DNA of 64,000 nt from NCBI GenBank assembly GCA_963663165.1, contig OY760175.1, positions 5,088,001 through 5,152,000 on the forward strand, read 5' to 3'. A model generated the notes under the pieces. It ran no database searches. It was not told where the DNA came from and saw only the letters and a program-made list of their open reading frames with translations. This stretch comes from an uncultured Desulfospira sp. (GTDB lineage Bacteria; Desulfobacterota; Desulfobacteria; Desulfobacterales; Desulfobacteraceae). This document shows positions 30,687 through 39,900 of this stretch, piece by piece (the first letter of the stretch is position 1; each line of letters starts with the position of its first letter). The position numbers were made by a program, and so were the translations under genes.

Positions 30687-31397
30687 ATGAATTTGGAAAG
30701 ACACTGGGGGATGGTGCTGCTGGTATCTCTTATGTTCCTGTCCGGGTGTATGTTTGGGTCTTCGGATATTGAGGCGCCCATTGCAGTTCCGCCGGGGGCG
30801 GTTACCGATCCTGCCCTTGAGCCGGAGTATGAAATCAGTGCACCTGAAGAGGGCTCCTTGTGGGCCGGTAAAAATTCCTCTGCTTTTGAAGATACAAAGG
30901 CCAATTATGTGGGAGACACGGTTATTGTGGATATTGTTGAAAATTCCAGCTCCGAGATGGACGTGAATACCGAGTCCTCCCGGAAAAGTAAAATGGGAAT
31001 CGGCGTGCCCACTTTAAATTTTATGGGGTATACCACACAGCTTGGCGGCGGGGGGGGCAATAATCTGGTGAGTACGGATTTTTCAAGCACCTTTTCCGGG
31101 GAAGGTAAAAATGACCGGAGTGGTAAAGTTACCGCTTCCATTGCAGTCCGTGTAACCGAAGTGCTGCCCAACGGCAACTTAAGCCTTTACGGGCGCAGGG
31201 CCATGAAAGTGGATCATGAAACCCAGTATATTGTGGTGTCCGGCGTTGTCAGGCCCCAGGATATTTCCGCCGGCAACCGGGTTGAATCCACGTATCTGGC
31301 GGATTCGAAAATTGAATATTACGGTAAAGGGGCCCTTTCGGATAAGCAGAAACCCGGCTGGGGCAGCCGGATTATTGAAAATATATGGCCATGGTAG
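30687..31397 (+). CDS. flgH: Flagellar L-ring protein
   Basis: LSGC lipobox, GSLW, VTEVLPNGNL, SGVVRPQDI. Confidence 0.94.
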   Translation: MNLERHWGMVLLVSLMFLSGCMFGSSDIEAPIAVPPGAVTDPALEPEYEISAPEEGSLWAGKNSSAFEDTKANYVGDTVIVDIVENSSSEMDVNTESSRKSKMGIGVPTLNFMGYTTQLGGGGGNNLVSTDFSSTFSGEGKNDRSGKVTASIAVRVTEVLPNGNLSLYGRRAMKVDHETQYIVVSGVVRPQDISAGNRVESTYLADSKIEYYGKGALSDKQKPGWGSRIIENIWPW

Positions 31398-31491
31398 CTC
31401 AAAGCGATTAGCCCTTAGCTTTTGGGTTCCTGAATCGGGCTAACAGCTTTATGAGAAAGGATAAAGGATGAAGGACGAAAAAGAAATAATC

Positions 31492-32541
31492 ATGCTGATT
31501 CGGTTTACCCCTGTCCGGTTTCTTTTTTGCACAGTTTTGACACTGGGGCTTTTGATGTGCGGTGAGGCGGCCATGGCGGCAAGGATAAAGGATATGGCGG
31601 CCATCAAGGGTATCCGGTCCAACCAGCTGAGCGGCTATGGCCTGGTGGTGGGATTGAATGGCACGGGAGACAAAACCAATGTCACCTTTACCCGCCAGGC
31701 ATTGGCGAATATGATGGCGAAAATGCATATCCATGTGGACCAGGATAGCCTCAAGGTGAAAAATGTGGCTGCCGTTATCGTTACCGCTGACATTCCACCC
31801 TTTGCCAGGATCGGGGACAGGATTGATTATACGGTATCCTCCATTGGGGACGCCAAAAGCCTGAAAGGCGGGATTCTGCTGCTCACTCCCCTTAAGGGTG
31901 TGGACGGCAATGTTTATGCTCTGGCCCAGGGGCCGGTAAGCCTGGCCATCCCTGAAGGGGTCGGGGACAGGAACAGCCATCTGATGGTGGCCAGAGGAAT
32001 CAACGGGGCTTCGGTTGAGCGGGAAATCCCCTTCAGACTGGATGGCAAGAAAAAACTGGTGCTTTCGCTGTTCAGGCCGGATTTTACTACGGCAAGGCGG
32101 ATGGCCGATACCATTAACGCGTCTTTGGGGCAGGACATCGCCAAGACCGTTGATGCCGGGACCATCAACCTGAATGTACCTGAATTTATGCAGGAGGCAA
32201 AAGTTGCGGAATTTATATCCGATATTGAGCGGCTGACCGTGATTCCCGATGCCGTGGCCAAGGTGGTCATCAACGAAAAAACCGGGACCGTGGTTATTGG
32301 CAGCGATGTCACCATCTCAAGTGTTGCCATTGCCCACGGCAACCTTTCCGTGACCATAGAAGATGAAGAAGGGGGCGGACCGGGAAATGAAGAACGGGTC
32401 ATGACTCTGGACGGCACCGCCACCATCGGTGAACTGGTCCGGGGGCTCAACTCTCTTGGCGTGGCGCCAAAGGACCTTATTGGTATTTTGGAAAGCATCA
32501 AGGCGGCCGGGGCACTGCAAGCCGAAATTGAAATATTATAA
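31492..32541 (+). CDS. flgI: Flagellar P-ring protein (alternative start at 31468)
   Basis: RIKD..G.RSNQL.GYGLVVGL.GTGD, KAAGALQAE. Confidence 0.95.
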   Translation: MLIRFTPVRFLFCTVLTLGLLMCGEAAMAARIKDMAAIKGIRSNQLSGYGLVVGLNGTGDKTNVTFTRQALANMMAKMHIHVDQDSLKVKNVAAVIVTADIPPFARIGDRIDYTVSSIGDAKSLKGGILLLTPLKGVDGNVYALAQGPVSLAIPEGVGDRNSHLMVARGINGASVEREIPFRLDGKKKLVLSLFRPDFTTARRMADTINASLGQDIAKTVDAGTINLNVPEFMQEAKVAEFISDIERLTVIPDAVAKVVINEKTGTVVIGSDVTISSVAIAHGNLSVTIEDEEGGGPGNEERVMTLDGTATIGELVRGLNSLGVAPKDLIGILESIKAAGALQAEIEIL

Positions 32542-32613
32542 ATAGACTGAAGGCAGAAGGGGTTTAGGCCGGAGGTGCCGGTTTTTTCTTTTAACCCGGT
32601 GAGGAGTTAAAAA

Positions 32614-32922
32614 ATGGATATCAACAGTATTAATCAGGGTCTTGCGGTGGACCGGGTAAAAAATCTTGGCGGTAAGGCCGATGAGGCCGCTAAAGACAAG
32701 GCCCTTAAGGAGGCATGCCAGGGGTTTGAGGCCATGTGGATCAATTCTATGGTCCAGGCCATGAGGGCCAGCCTGCCCGGGAATGCGCTTTTTCCTGAAA
32801 CCAATGAATCGGATATCTTCCAGTCCCTTTCCGATCAGTATCTTTCCGATGAACTGGCCAAAGGAGACAACAGCCTGGGGTTTAAAGAGTATCTTTTCGA
32901 ACAGCTCAGAGACGACATTTAG
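32614..32922 (+). CDS. flgJ: Rod-binding protein (short FlgJ)
   Basis: LKEACQGFEAM..MR..LG..LFEQL; follows flgI. Confidence 0.85.
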   Translation: MDINSINQGLAVDRVKNLGGKADEAAKDKALKEACQGFEAMWINSMVQAMRASLPGNALFPETNESDIFQSLSDQYLSDELAKGDNSLGFKEYLFEQLRDDI

Positions 32923-32931
32923 CGGGGCTGG

Positions 32932-33894
32932 TTAACGGCCGAAGAATGCCGCTGTATATTTTAAGGCTGTAAACAGAATAATGCCAACCAGCATCCACTT
33001 GATTGCCCTGGCCGGAACAAATTTTTGACAGTATGCCCCAAGGTACATTCCCGCCATTCCCCCCAAACCAAATAAAGCACCGAGTAACCAGTCCGGCGCC
33101 ACGGATACATCAGGGTAGAACGGCGCAATGGCCTGGTAAAATATGACACCGGCCACCGAAGTCATGAGGGTTCCCATCAGGGCGGCGCCGGCCACCATAT
33201 AAACGGGCAGATTCCAGATCGCCACAATAAAGGGCGCGATGATGGCGCCTCCGCCAATTCCATAAATGCCGCCGATGATGCCGACAACAAAGCTAAGGGC
33301 AAAGATATTTATAAAAGGAATCTCAAACGTTTGGCCATAAAAACGGCCGCTGATCCGTTTGAAATCAAAGCGGTTTATGGTTACTTTTTCCAGGGATGTT
33401 GGATTGGAAACGTCCTGACCCACCGCATTATTATGAAAATGCCTGACCATCTGTTGAAATCGTTTCTCACTGTCGGCACCGCCCGTCTGTCCATTGTTTT
33501 TTCTTAGCAAACTCACGCCCATTTTAAGCCCGATATACCCCAGTATCATAGCGGCAAAAAGTTTAAATCGGGCGGGGTCCGGAAGATAAGAAATCCTTAT
33601 GAAGGCGCCGATAAACACCCCCGGCAGGGTACCCAGGACAATTCCCCAGGCCAGCGGCCAGAACATCCGGCCCTCTTTATAGTAGCGGTAAACACCGCTG
33701 GGGATGGCCACCAGGTTATACACTTGATTGGTTGCGCTGACGGACGGATTGACATAGCCAAGAACTGACATTTGAAAGGGCAACAGAAGAAAGGCCCCTG
33801 ACACCCCGGCCATGGATGTAAAAAATGAGATCCCAAATGCCACAAGGGGCGGCAGCCATGGGCTCACTTCAATTCCGGCGGTTTGAAAAATCAT
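32932..33894 (-). CDS. TSUP (TauE/SafE) family transporter
   Basis: GVSGAFLLLPFQ, GIYGIGGGAII; multiple TM helices. Confidence 0.88.
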   Translation of the reverse strand: MIFQTAGIEVSPWLPPLVAFGISFFTSMAGVSGAFLLLPFQMSVLGYVNPSVSATNQVYNLVAIPSGVYRYYKEGRMFWPLAWGIVLGTLPGVFIGAFIRISYLPDPARFKLFAAMILGYIGLKMGVSLLRKNNGQTGGADSEKRFQQMVRHFHNNAVGQDVSNPTSLEKVTINRFDFKRISGRFYGQTFEIPFINIFALSFVVGIIGGIYGIGGGAIIAPFIVAIWNLPVYMVAGAALMGTLMTSVAGVIFYQAIAPFYPDVSVAPDWLLGALFGLGGMAGMYLGAYCQKFVPARAIKWMLVGIILFTALKYTAAFFGR

Positions 33895-33918
33895 TTTTAC
33901 CTCCATGGGAAAATTTTT

Positions 33919-33952
33919 AACTAACACGATTATAATTATATTCGTGTTAGTT
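33919..33952. promoter_or_regulatory. Palindromic operator, probable site of the divergent TunR-like regulator
   Basis: AACTAACACGA-N12-TCGTGTTAGTT perfect 11-bp arms. Confidence 0.7.
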
Positions 33953-34097
33953 TGCAAGCCCTCTGATGGTGATTGCCCGGAAAAATTTTAATGGGGTACC
34001 TTTCCGGTTCAATCATGATATAAGGATCAAGGATGTCCCGAGGTTATCCAATCGAATAACCGCTGTAACCCATATGGAAAATTAAATTCAGGAAAGC

Positions 34098-35144
34098 ATG
34101 AAACAACGGCAGATCACCTCAATCCCTGAAGAGAGCAGATATCTGAATTCCGCTCAACTTGACTTGATAGAGCAGTCATTCCGGGAATGGGCGGAGAAGA
34201 CCCCGCGCAAAGATGTCCGCCTGGCCCGGCAGCGGATTTTAATTATTTTCTTATTAATCCGGTACACCGGGGCGCGGTTGAATGAAGTTCTCGCCCTTAA
34301 CCCTTTCACGGACATTGATTTTAGTCAACACCTGGTGACTTTTGGCAGTGAAGGTCCGGAGATCAAAGGCGGGCCACGAAAGGTTCGAATTTCCACAAAG
34401 CTTTCTGCTGAGTTGAAAGACACCTTTGCGAATCCTTATTTTAAAACCTCTTTCAAAAGCCGGTTTAATGTAGACCCCGGGTTTGTCCGGCGAAAATTCT
34501 ATGAACGAGCCCAGGCCTGTGGTTTCCCCAAAAATCTTGGCGGCCCGGACGTGATTCGAAAATCCCGGGCCGTGGAGTTGATGCAGGGCAATATGCCCCT
34601 GCCGGCCGTCCAAAAGATGCTGGGCCATTCCACCCTTAACCCGGCGACTTCCTATGTGTCCTTTTCAACGGACGATATTCAGCGGGTCACGGAACTGTTC
34701 CTTGAAAGAGAGGCATCCCGGAAAACCAGTGCCCGCAATGCGTTTTTCGGTAAAATTGAAACCCTGCAAAAGGGGGATATCCAGACCCGGGTCACTTTGA
34801 CATCCATTGGCGGTTATGCCGTAACCACCGTGATCACCAATGACAGTGCCGAACAACTGGGATTAAAAAAGGGATTGTTGGTGACAGCACAAATCAAAGC
34901 CCCATGGGTTATTCTGTACAAAGGGGAAAAAGAGCCCCGGTGCAGTGCCGAGAATAAATTTTCCGGAACCGTTGAGCAGATCAGTGAAGGCAAAGTGAAT
35001 ACGGAATTTATTGTCCGCATAACCGACGGGACCCAATTGTGCGCGCTGGTTTCCACCAAAGGGGCCCGGCCGCTTGGCCTTGAGACCGGTGCACCGGTCT
35101 GGGCGGTCTTTAACTGTTTTGCCGTTATTCTGGATGTGGATTGA
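34098..35144 (+). CDS. TunR-family regulator: tyrosine-recombinase-like domain plus two TOBE (Mo/W-binding) domains
   Basis: YTGARLNE, PDVIRKSRA, QKMLGHS..Y followed by TSARNAF and SAENKF TOBE repeats. Confidence 0.82.
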   Translation: MKQRQITSIPEESRYLNSAQLDLIEQSFREWAEKTPRKDVRLARQRILIIFLLIRYTGARLNEVLALNPFTDIDFSQHLVTFGSEGPEIKGGPRKVRISTKLSAELKDTFANPYFKTSFKSRFNVDPGFVRRKFYERAQACGFPKNLGGPDVIRKSRAVELMQGNMPLPAVQKMLGHSTLNPATSYVSFSTDDIQRVTELFLEREASRKTSARNAFFGKIETLQKGDIQTRVTLTSIGGYAVTTVITNDSAEQLGLKKGLLVTAQIKAPWVILYKGEKEPRCSAENKFSGTVEQISEGKVNTEFIVRITDGTQLCALVSTKGARPLGLETGAPVWAVFNCFAVILDVD

Positions 35145-35436
35145 TAGGGAGACCGCAGACGGGAGACGGGAGACCGGATGCGGAATCACCAGTTATCGCC
35201 TGTGAAGCGTCTGTTTTCAAAATGTTGGCAGGAATTATTTTACGTTAAGGCTTAAATTGAAATACGAAAATTCATAATTCAAAAATTAAAATAAACGCAT
35301 GAACATGTACCTAAAAAGCCAATATATCAACATGAGGACAAATGGGGCAGATTACTATAACCATTTGATAGTATTCAAATATTTACGGTTCACAAATCCG
35401 TTGGGCATAAAGAAAAGTATTGAATAGGTTTTTGTC

Positions 35437-36177
35437 ATGAAAATAAACATTATCGGCATTGATTGTGCCACTGATCCCAAAAACGTGGGCATCGCATTTG
35501 GTACGTTCTCTAATGGGCATACCGTCGTGAAACGAGTCAAACAGGGAACTCGTCAAGAAGAACCTGTTGAGATTGTGGCCTCTTTTCTCGGGGGTCAAAA
35601 GGCCCCAACACTGCTTGCATTGGATGCACCTCTTGGTTGGCCCAATGCATTGGCTGAAGAGTTACAGAACCATACTGCAGGGGAAAAATTTAAGGTCTCA
35701 GCCAATTCACTGTTCCGACGATATACAGACCTGTTTATCAAAGAGAAGATAGGGAAACAATCTCTTGATGTTGGTGCCGATCGAATCGCCCGTACGGCAT
35801 ATTCTGCTTTGGATTTATTGGATCGTTTGAGCCAGATTCTTGGACAAAACATTAGGTTGGCATGGGAGCCGGAGATTAATGGGGTGAGAGCTATAGAAGT
35901 CTATCCTGCCGCTACTCTCATTGCCCATGGAATTGATACACGAGGGTATAAAGCAGCGAATGGTAAGGCTGAACGACAAAAAATTATTGAGGCCCTTAAA
36001 TTACGTTTAACCGTTTCAGTCGAAATTCCTAACATAGAAAAGAGTTCTGATAGTGTGGATGCAGTGGCATGTGTACTTGCTGGGCAGGATTTCCTTTCTG
36101 GTCTTACCTTTCTACCATCTGGTGATAAACCAGTAGTTAAAGAGGGGTGGATTTGGGTCCGTCAACCTAGTGCCTAA
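35437..36177 (+). CDS. DUF429-like (RNase H fold) predicted nuclease
   Basis: IIGID, ALDAPLGWP, RYTD, IEVYPAA, DAVAC; visibly AT-richer than neighbours. Confidence 0.78.
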   Translation: MKINIIGIDCATDPKNVGIAFGTFSNGHTVVKRVKQGTRQEEPVEIVASFLGGQKAPTLLALDAPLGWPNALAEELQNHTAGEKFKVSANSLFRRYTDLFIKEKIGKQSLDVGADRIARTAYSALDLLDRLSQILGQNIRLAWEPEINGVRAIEVYPAATLIAHGIDTRGYKAANGKAERQKIIEALKLRLTVSVEIPNIEKSSDSVDAVACVLAGQDFLSGLTFLPSGDKPVVKEGWIWVRQPSA

Positions 36178-36347
36178 TTGAACGTTTCCAACCGATACAA
36201 ATTAGTACTGATTCCATTTGTCTGTAGGGTAGAAGTTAACTTATCCCAACCATTCCCCTAAATAACCGCAACATCCGGTCTCCCACTTCCCGGTCTCCCG
36301 TCTCCGTTTTTCGGTCTCACGTTTCCGGTTTCCAGTCTTCTCCCCTC

Positions 36348-36363
36348 CGGCATAATAGTTGCA
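36348..36363 (+). promoter_or_regulatory. sigma54 promoter of the flgNKL operon
   Basis: CGGCATAATAGTTGCA. Confidence 0.65.
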
Positions 36364-36486
36364 ACATTTATAAATAAGCATGAAAAAACGGCCGAATCCG
36401 GGAAAAATTTTCCCGGCGATCCGGCTTAAAGGCGATGTAACCCCTTAATTATAAATGGGTATAGAAAGCAACAGGGAGAAAATGAC

Positions 36487-36984
36487 ATGGAAAAAATTGC
36501 CCGGGAAATAGAAAAGATCCTTGAAGAAAAGCAAGCCTGCTACGAGGAACTTAAAAACGTCCTGACCCAGGAAAAGGGCCATATTGCCGCCATGGATGTG
36601 GATGCCCTGTGGTCCACCACCCGGACCAAAAAAGAGCTGGGCCGGAAAATAGAAGCCTTACGGCAGGATATTCTTACCCTTGCCGGAAAAATTGACCCGG
36701 ACGGGGAGGTGCCTGACTTTTCCCTTGCCGATGTCATCAAGGCGCTTTCTGTTGGAAGTAAGATGAGGTCCAGGCTTCTTTCTGCCAAAGCCAGGCTGGA
36801 TGTGTCCAAAAAAGCCGTTGCCCAGTCTGCCCAGGCCAACCGGACCCATGTGTCCCGGTACCTGACCGTGGTGGACGAGGTAATGGGCATTATTGTGAAT
36901 CATTCCAAACAGGACCAGTATACCAGAAAAGGGGTGATTCCTGAAAACAGAGAGCGAAACCGCCTGTTTCAGGCAGAGGTGTAA
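36487..36984 (+). CDS. flgN: Flagellar export chaperone FlgN
   Basis: Helical 165-aa protein directly before flgK. Confidence 0.75.
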   Translation: MEKIAREIEKILEEKQACYEELKNVLTQEKGHIAAMDVDALWSTTRTKKELGRKIEALRQDILTLAGKIDPDGEVPDFSLADVIKALSVGSKMRSRLLSAKARLDVSKKAVAQSAQANRTHVSRYLTVVDEVMGIIVNHSKQDQYTRKGVIPENRERNRLFQAEV

Positions 36985-36987
36985 ATT

Positions 36988-39900
36988 ATGTCCGGCTTAT
37001 CGTCTACCTTAAGCATTGCCAAAACCGCATTAAGCGCCCAGCAGTACGGGATCAATGTCACCGGTAACAACATTGCCAATGTCAACAACGAAGATTACAG
37101 CATTCAGAACGCCGATCATACCACCACGGCATCAGTTTTTTACAATGGCTATGTCCTCGGGACCGGTGTGGACGTTGAACAGGTGGAACAGACCGTTGAC
37201 CAGCTTCTGGAAAACCGGCTGACCGATGAACAGTCCACCCTGGCCGCCTATGAAGAAATGGCCTCTTATCTGGAAATTCTGGAAGGATACTTTGATGAGA
37301 GTTCCGATACCAGCCTGGCCAGTGTGTTAAGCGATTACTGGAATACCTGGCACGATCTGGCCGACAACCCTCTGGGCAGCGCGGAACGGAACCTGGTGTA
37401 TGAACAGGGCAATCTTCTGGCCGAGCGTTTCAACACCATCGGTACGGAGCTTGATGAGCTGGCCAATGATCTGACCAATGAAATCTCAACCGGGGTAAAC
37501 GATATCAATATCCTGGCCCAGGAGATTGCCAATTTAAACAAAGAGATCATCAACCTGGAGGGGAATACCGCCACGGCCAACGATTTAAGGGACCAGAGAA
37601 ATGCCCTGATCGATGAGCTCGGGGAGTTGATTGATGTGGATGTGATCACCGGTGAAGACGGGGATGTGATTATTAATGTGGCCAACGGGGCCCCCCTGGT
37701 CAACGGGGTGAATTATTACAGCCTGGTCATGGATGAAGGGCAGGTCATGTGGGTGGGCTCCACGGGGTACCGGCTGAATATCACCGATGATATTTCCGGC
37801 GGCAAGCTGGCCGGGTGGCTCAATATCCGGGACGAGACCATCCCCAAGTACCGGGCGGAAATCGACGAGCTGGCCTCTGAAATGATCTGGGCCATGAACT
37901 ATCAGCAGTCCCAGGGCGTGGGGCTGACCTATTACAACGGCTCTTTGACCGGCACCTATGCCGTGGACGACAGCGGATGGCTGTCCAGTTTCAGTTTCGG
38001 CAATAAAATTAACTATGACGGGGATACCACGGTCTGGGTGGAGGACAACTCTTCAGCGGAAACCGCCTACCGGAAAATCATGATTGACATGGGGATTTCC
38101 ACCGCATCTTTAAGCGACTGGGAAGGGACCACTCCCGGGGCCGGTGAAGTCAGCTATGAACTGACCGTGGTGGATGAAGGCGATATCGGTGACAAACTGG
38201 TGACCGAATCCTGTGCCGAAAACCTGGCCAAAGTCTGGGGAACCTCTTCAGGGGGCGCTGTCACGGTTCTGGACAGTATCCTGGCGGAGCAGACCATCAC
38301 CGTTTACGGGGCAGATGTGGGCACCCAGACCGTTAAGATTGCCGACAGCGGCGGAGATGCCATCCGGTCGGCCGCTTCCATTGCCGAGGCCTTGGATGCC
38401 CTGGACGGGGTGGCAGCCTATGCCTCTTCCAATTCCGTTGAATTTGATCTTTCCGGCATTTCAGGGGCTGAGGACGGGGATGAGGTCATATACTCCCTTT
38501 ATGTGGACGGAATTGTTTATGAACAAAGCTTTATTGTAGACTCCGGCGCAGGCACCCCTGATGAACAGTTTGAGGATTCACTGGTGGAAGCGGTCCAGGC
38601 ATTGAACGAATTAAACGGTGATACCGATCTTTATGCCGACGGCCTGGTGTTGACCAGCGATAAAGGGGCCACCTTAGGGATTCAGGATTTTGAAATTCAG
38701 GACAATGCGGGTATTGAGCTGGACAACTTTACCAATTTTGATGCCACCGATGTGGTGGAGCTGACCATTACAACCGATGGCGTTCCCACCACCAGCACCA
38801 CCATTTCAGTGGACCTTACCGGGGTGTCTGATATCACTGACCAGGACGAACTTTCCCAGGTGTTTTACGAGGCCTTTGCCGAGGCCCTGCCCGAAGGCAC
38901 CTTTACCGTTGAACTGAATACGGCCAGCGAATCCGTGATTATCAGGACCATTGACGGGTCTAATATTACCCTGTCCGGCGCCACTGACGACACGGGCAAT
39001 GACGCCACCATTGATGTGGCCAACCTGGCCGGCACCACCTCCTCGGGCACCGGCAACTCCATTCTCGAATTTGACGCCACGGGCAGTGATGTGGAAACCT
39101 TTAATTCCGATACCAGCACAGCCGACACCTTGGCATTTTCCATGCTTTCCGCCGCAACGTCCATGGCCGGGGCCACGGCCGTGGTCAATGAGGCATCCTA
39201 CACCGGCGCCGGCGCCACCACAGCCGCCGCCATTATGGGTACGGTAACCATTCTGACCGATGACGGCATGGGCATGCAGTCTACCGCCAAAACCGCCCAG
39301 GGTCTGTTCGGCTCTTCGGGCACTGCTGAAACGGGAAGTTCCATCATGACCCTTGGCGGGGAGGGCGGATTTGAAGACTTTACAGCAGGGGAAACCATAT
39401 CCTTTGATGTGGACGGACAGACCGTCAGTTTTGTGGTGTCAACGGCGGCCGGCGGCACCACTGACTATGCCCTGGCCACCCAGCTGATGACGGCGCTTGG
39501 GGCGGTTTTAAGTTCAGAAGACTACGCCCTTGTCCAGAACGGCTGTTCCGTATCCATTATCAAGGATTCATCCCTGGAAGACCCCATTGAGATTACCGAT
39601 TTTGAGGAAACCGGCAGCGGAGATGCTGTGCTGGCCGTCTCAACCGGGGGGGGGACCGGAACCGAAGATCCGGAAAACGGGTCCCTGGAGTCAGGAAACG
39701 AGTATAAGAATTTTTCCACCGCCTCTTTGTATGACAACGAAGCCATCATTTACTGGCAGAAAAAAACCAAAGACGGCATATTGACCGGCGAGAGCGGCCT
39801 GGTTACGGTGACTGAAGAAGGCCGGGTGGAGATTGTGGAAGGGGGCGGGGTTACCCTTACCTTTGAGGTGGCCGACGGGAGTCTGGTGGCCGGCAATACC

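Noticed and set aside
34098..35144. Active integrase marking a mobile element
   Set aside because: Catalytic box is degenerate, TOBE fusion fits TunR regulators, and no att sites were seen.
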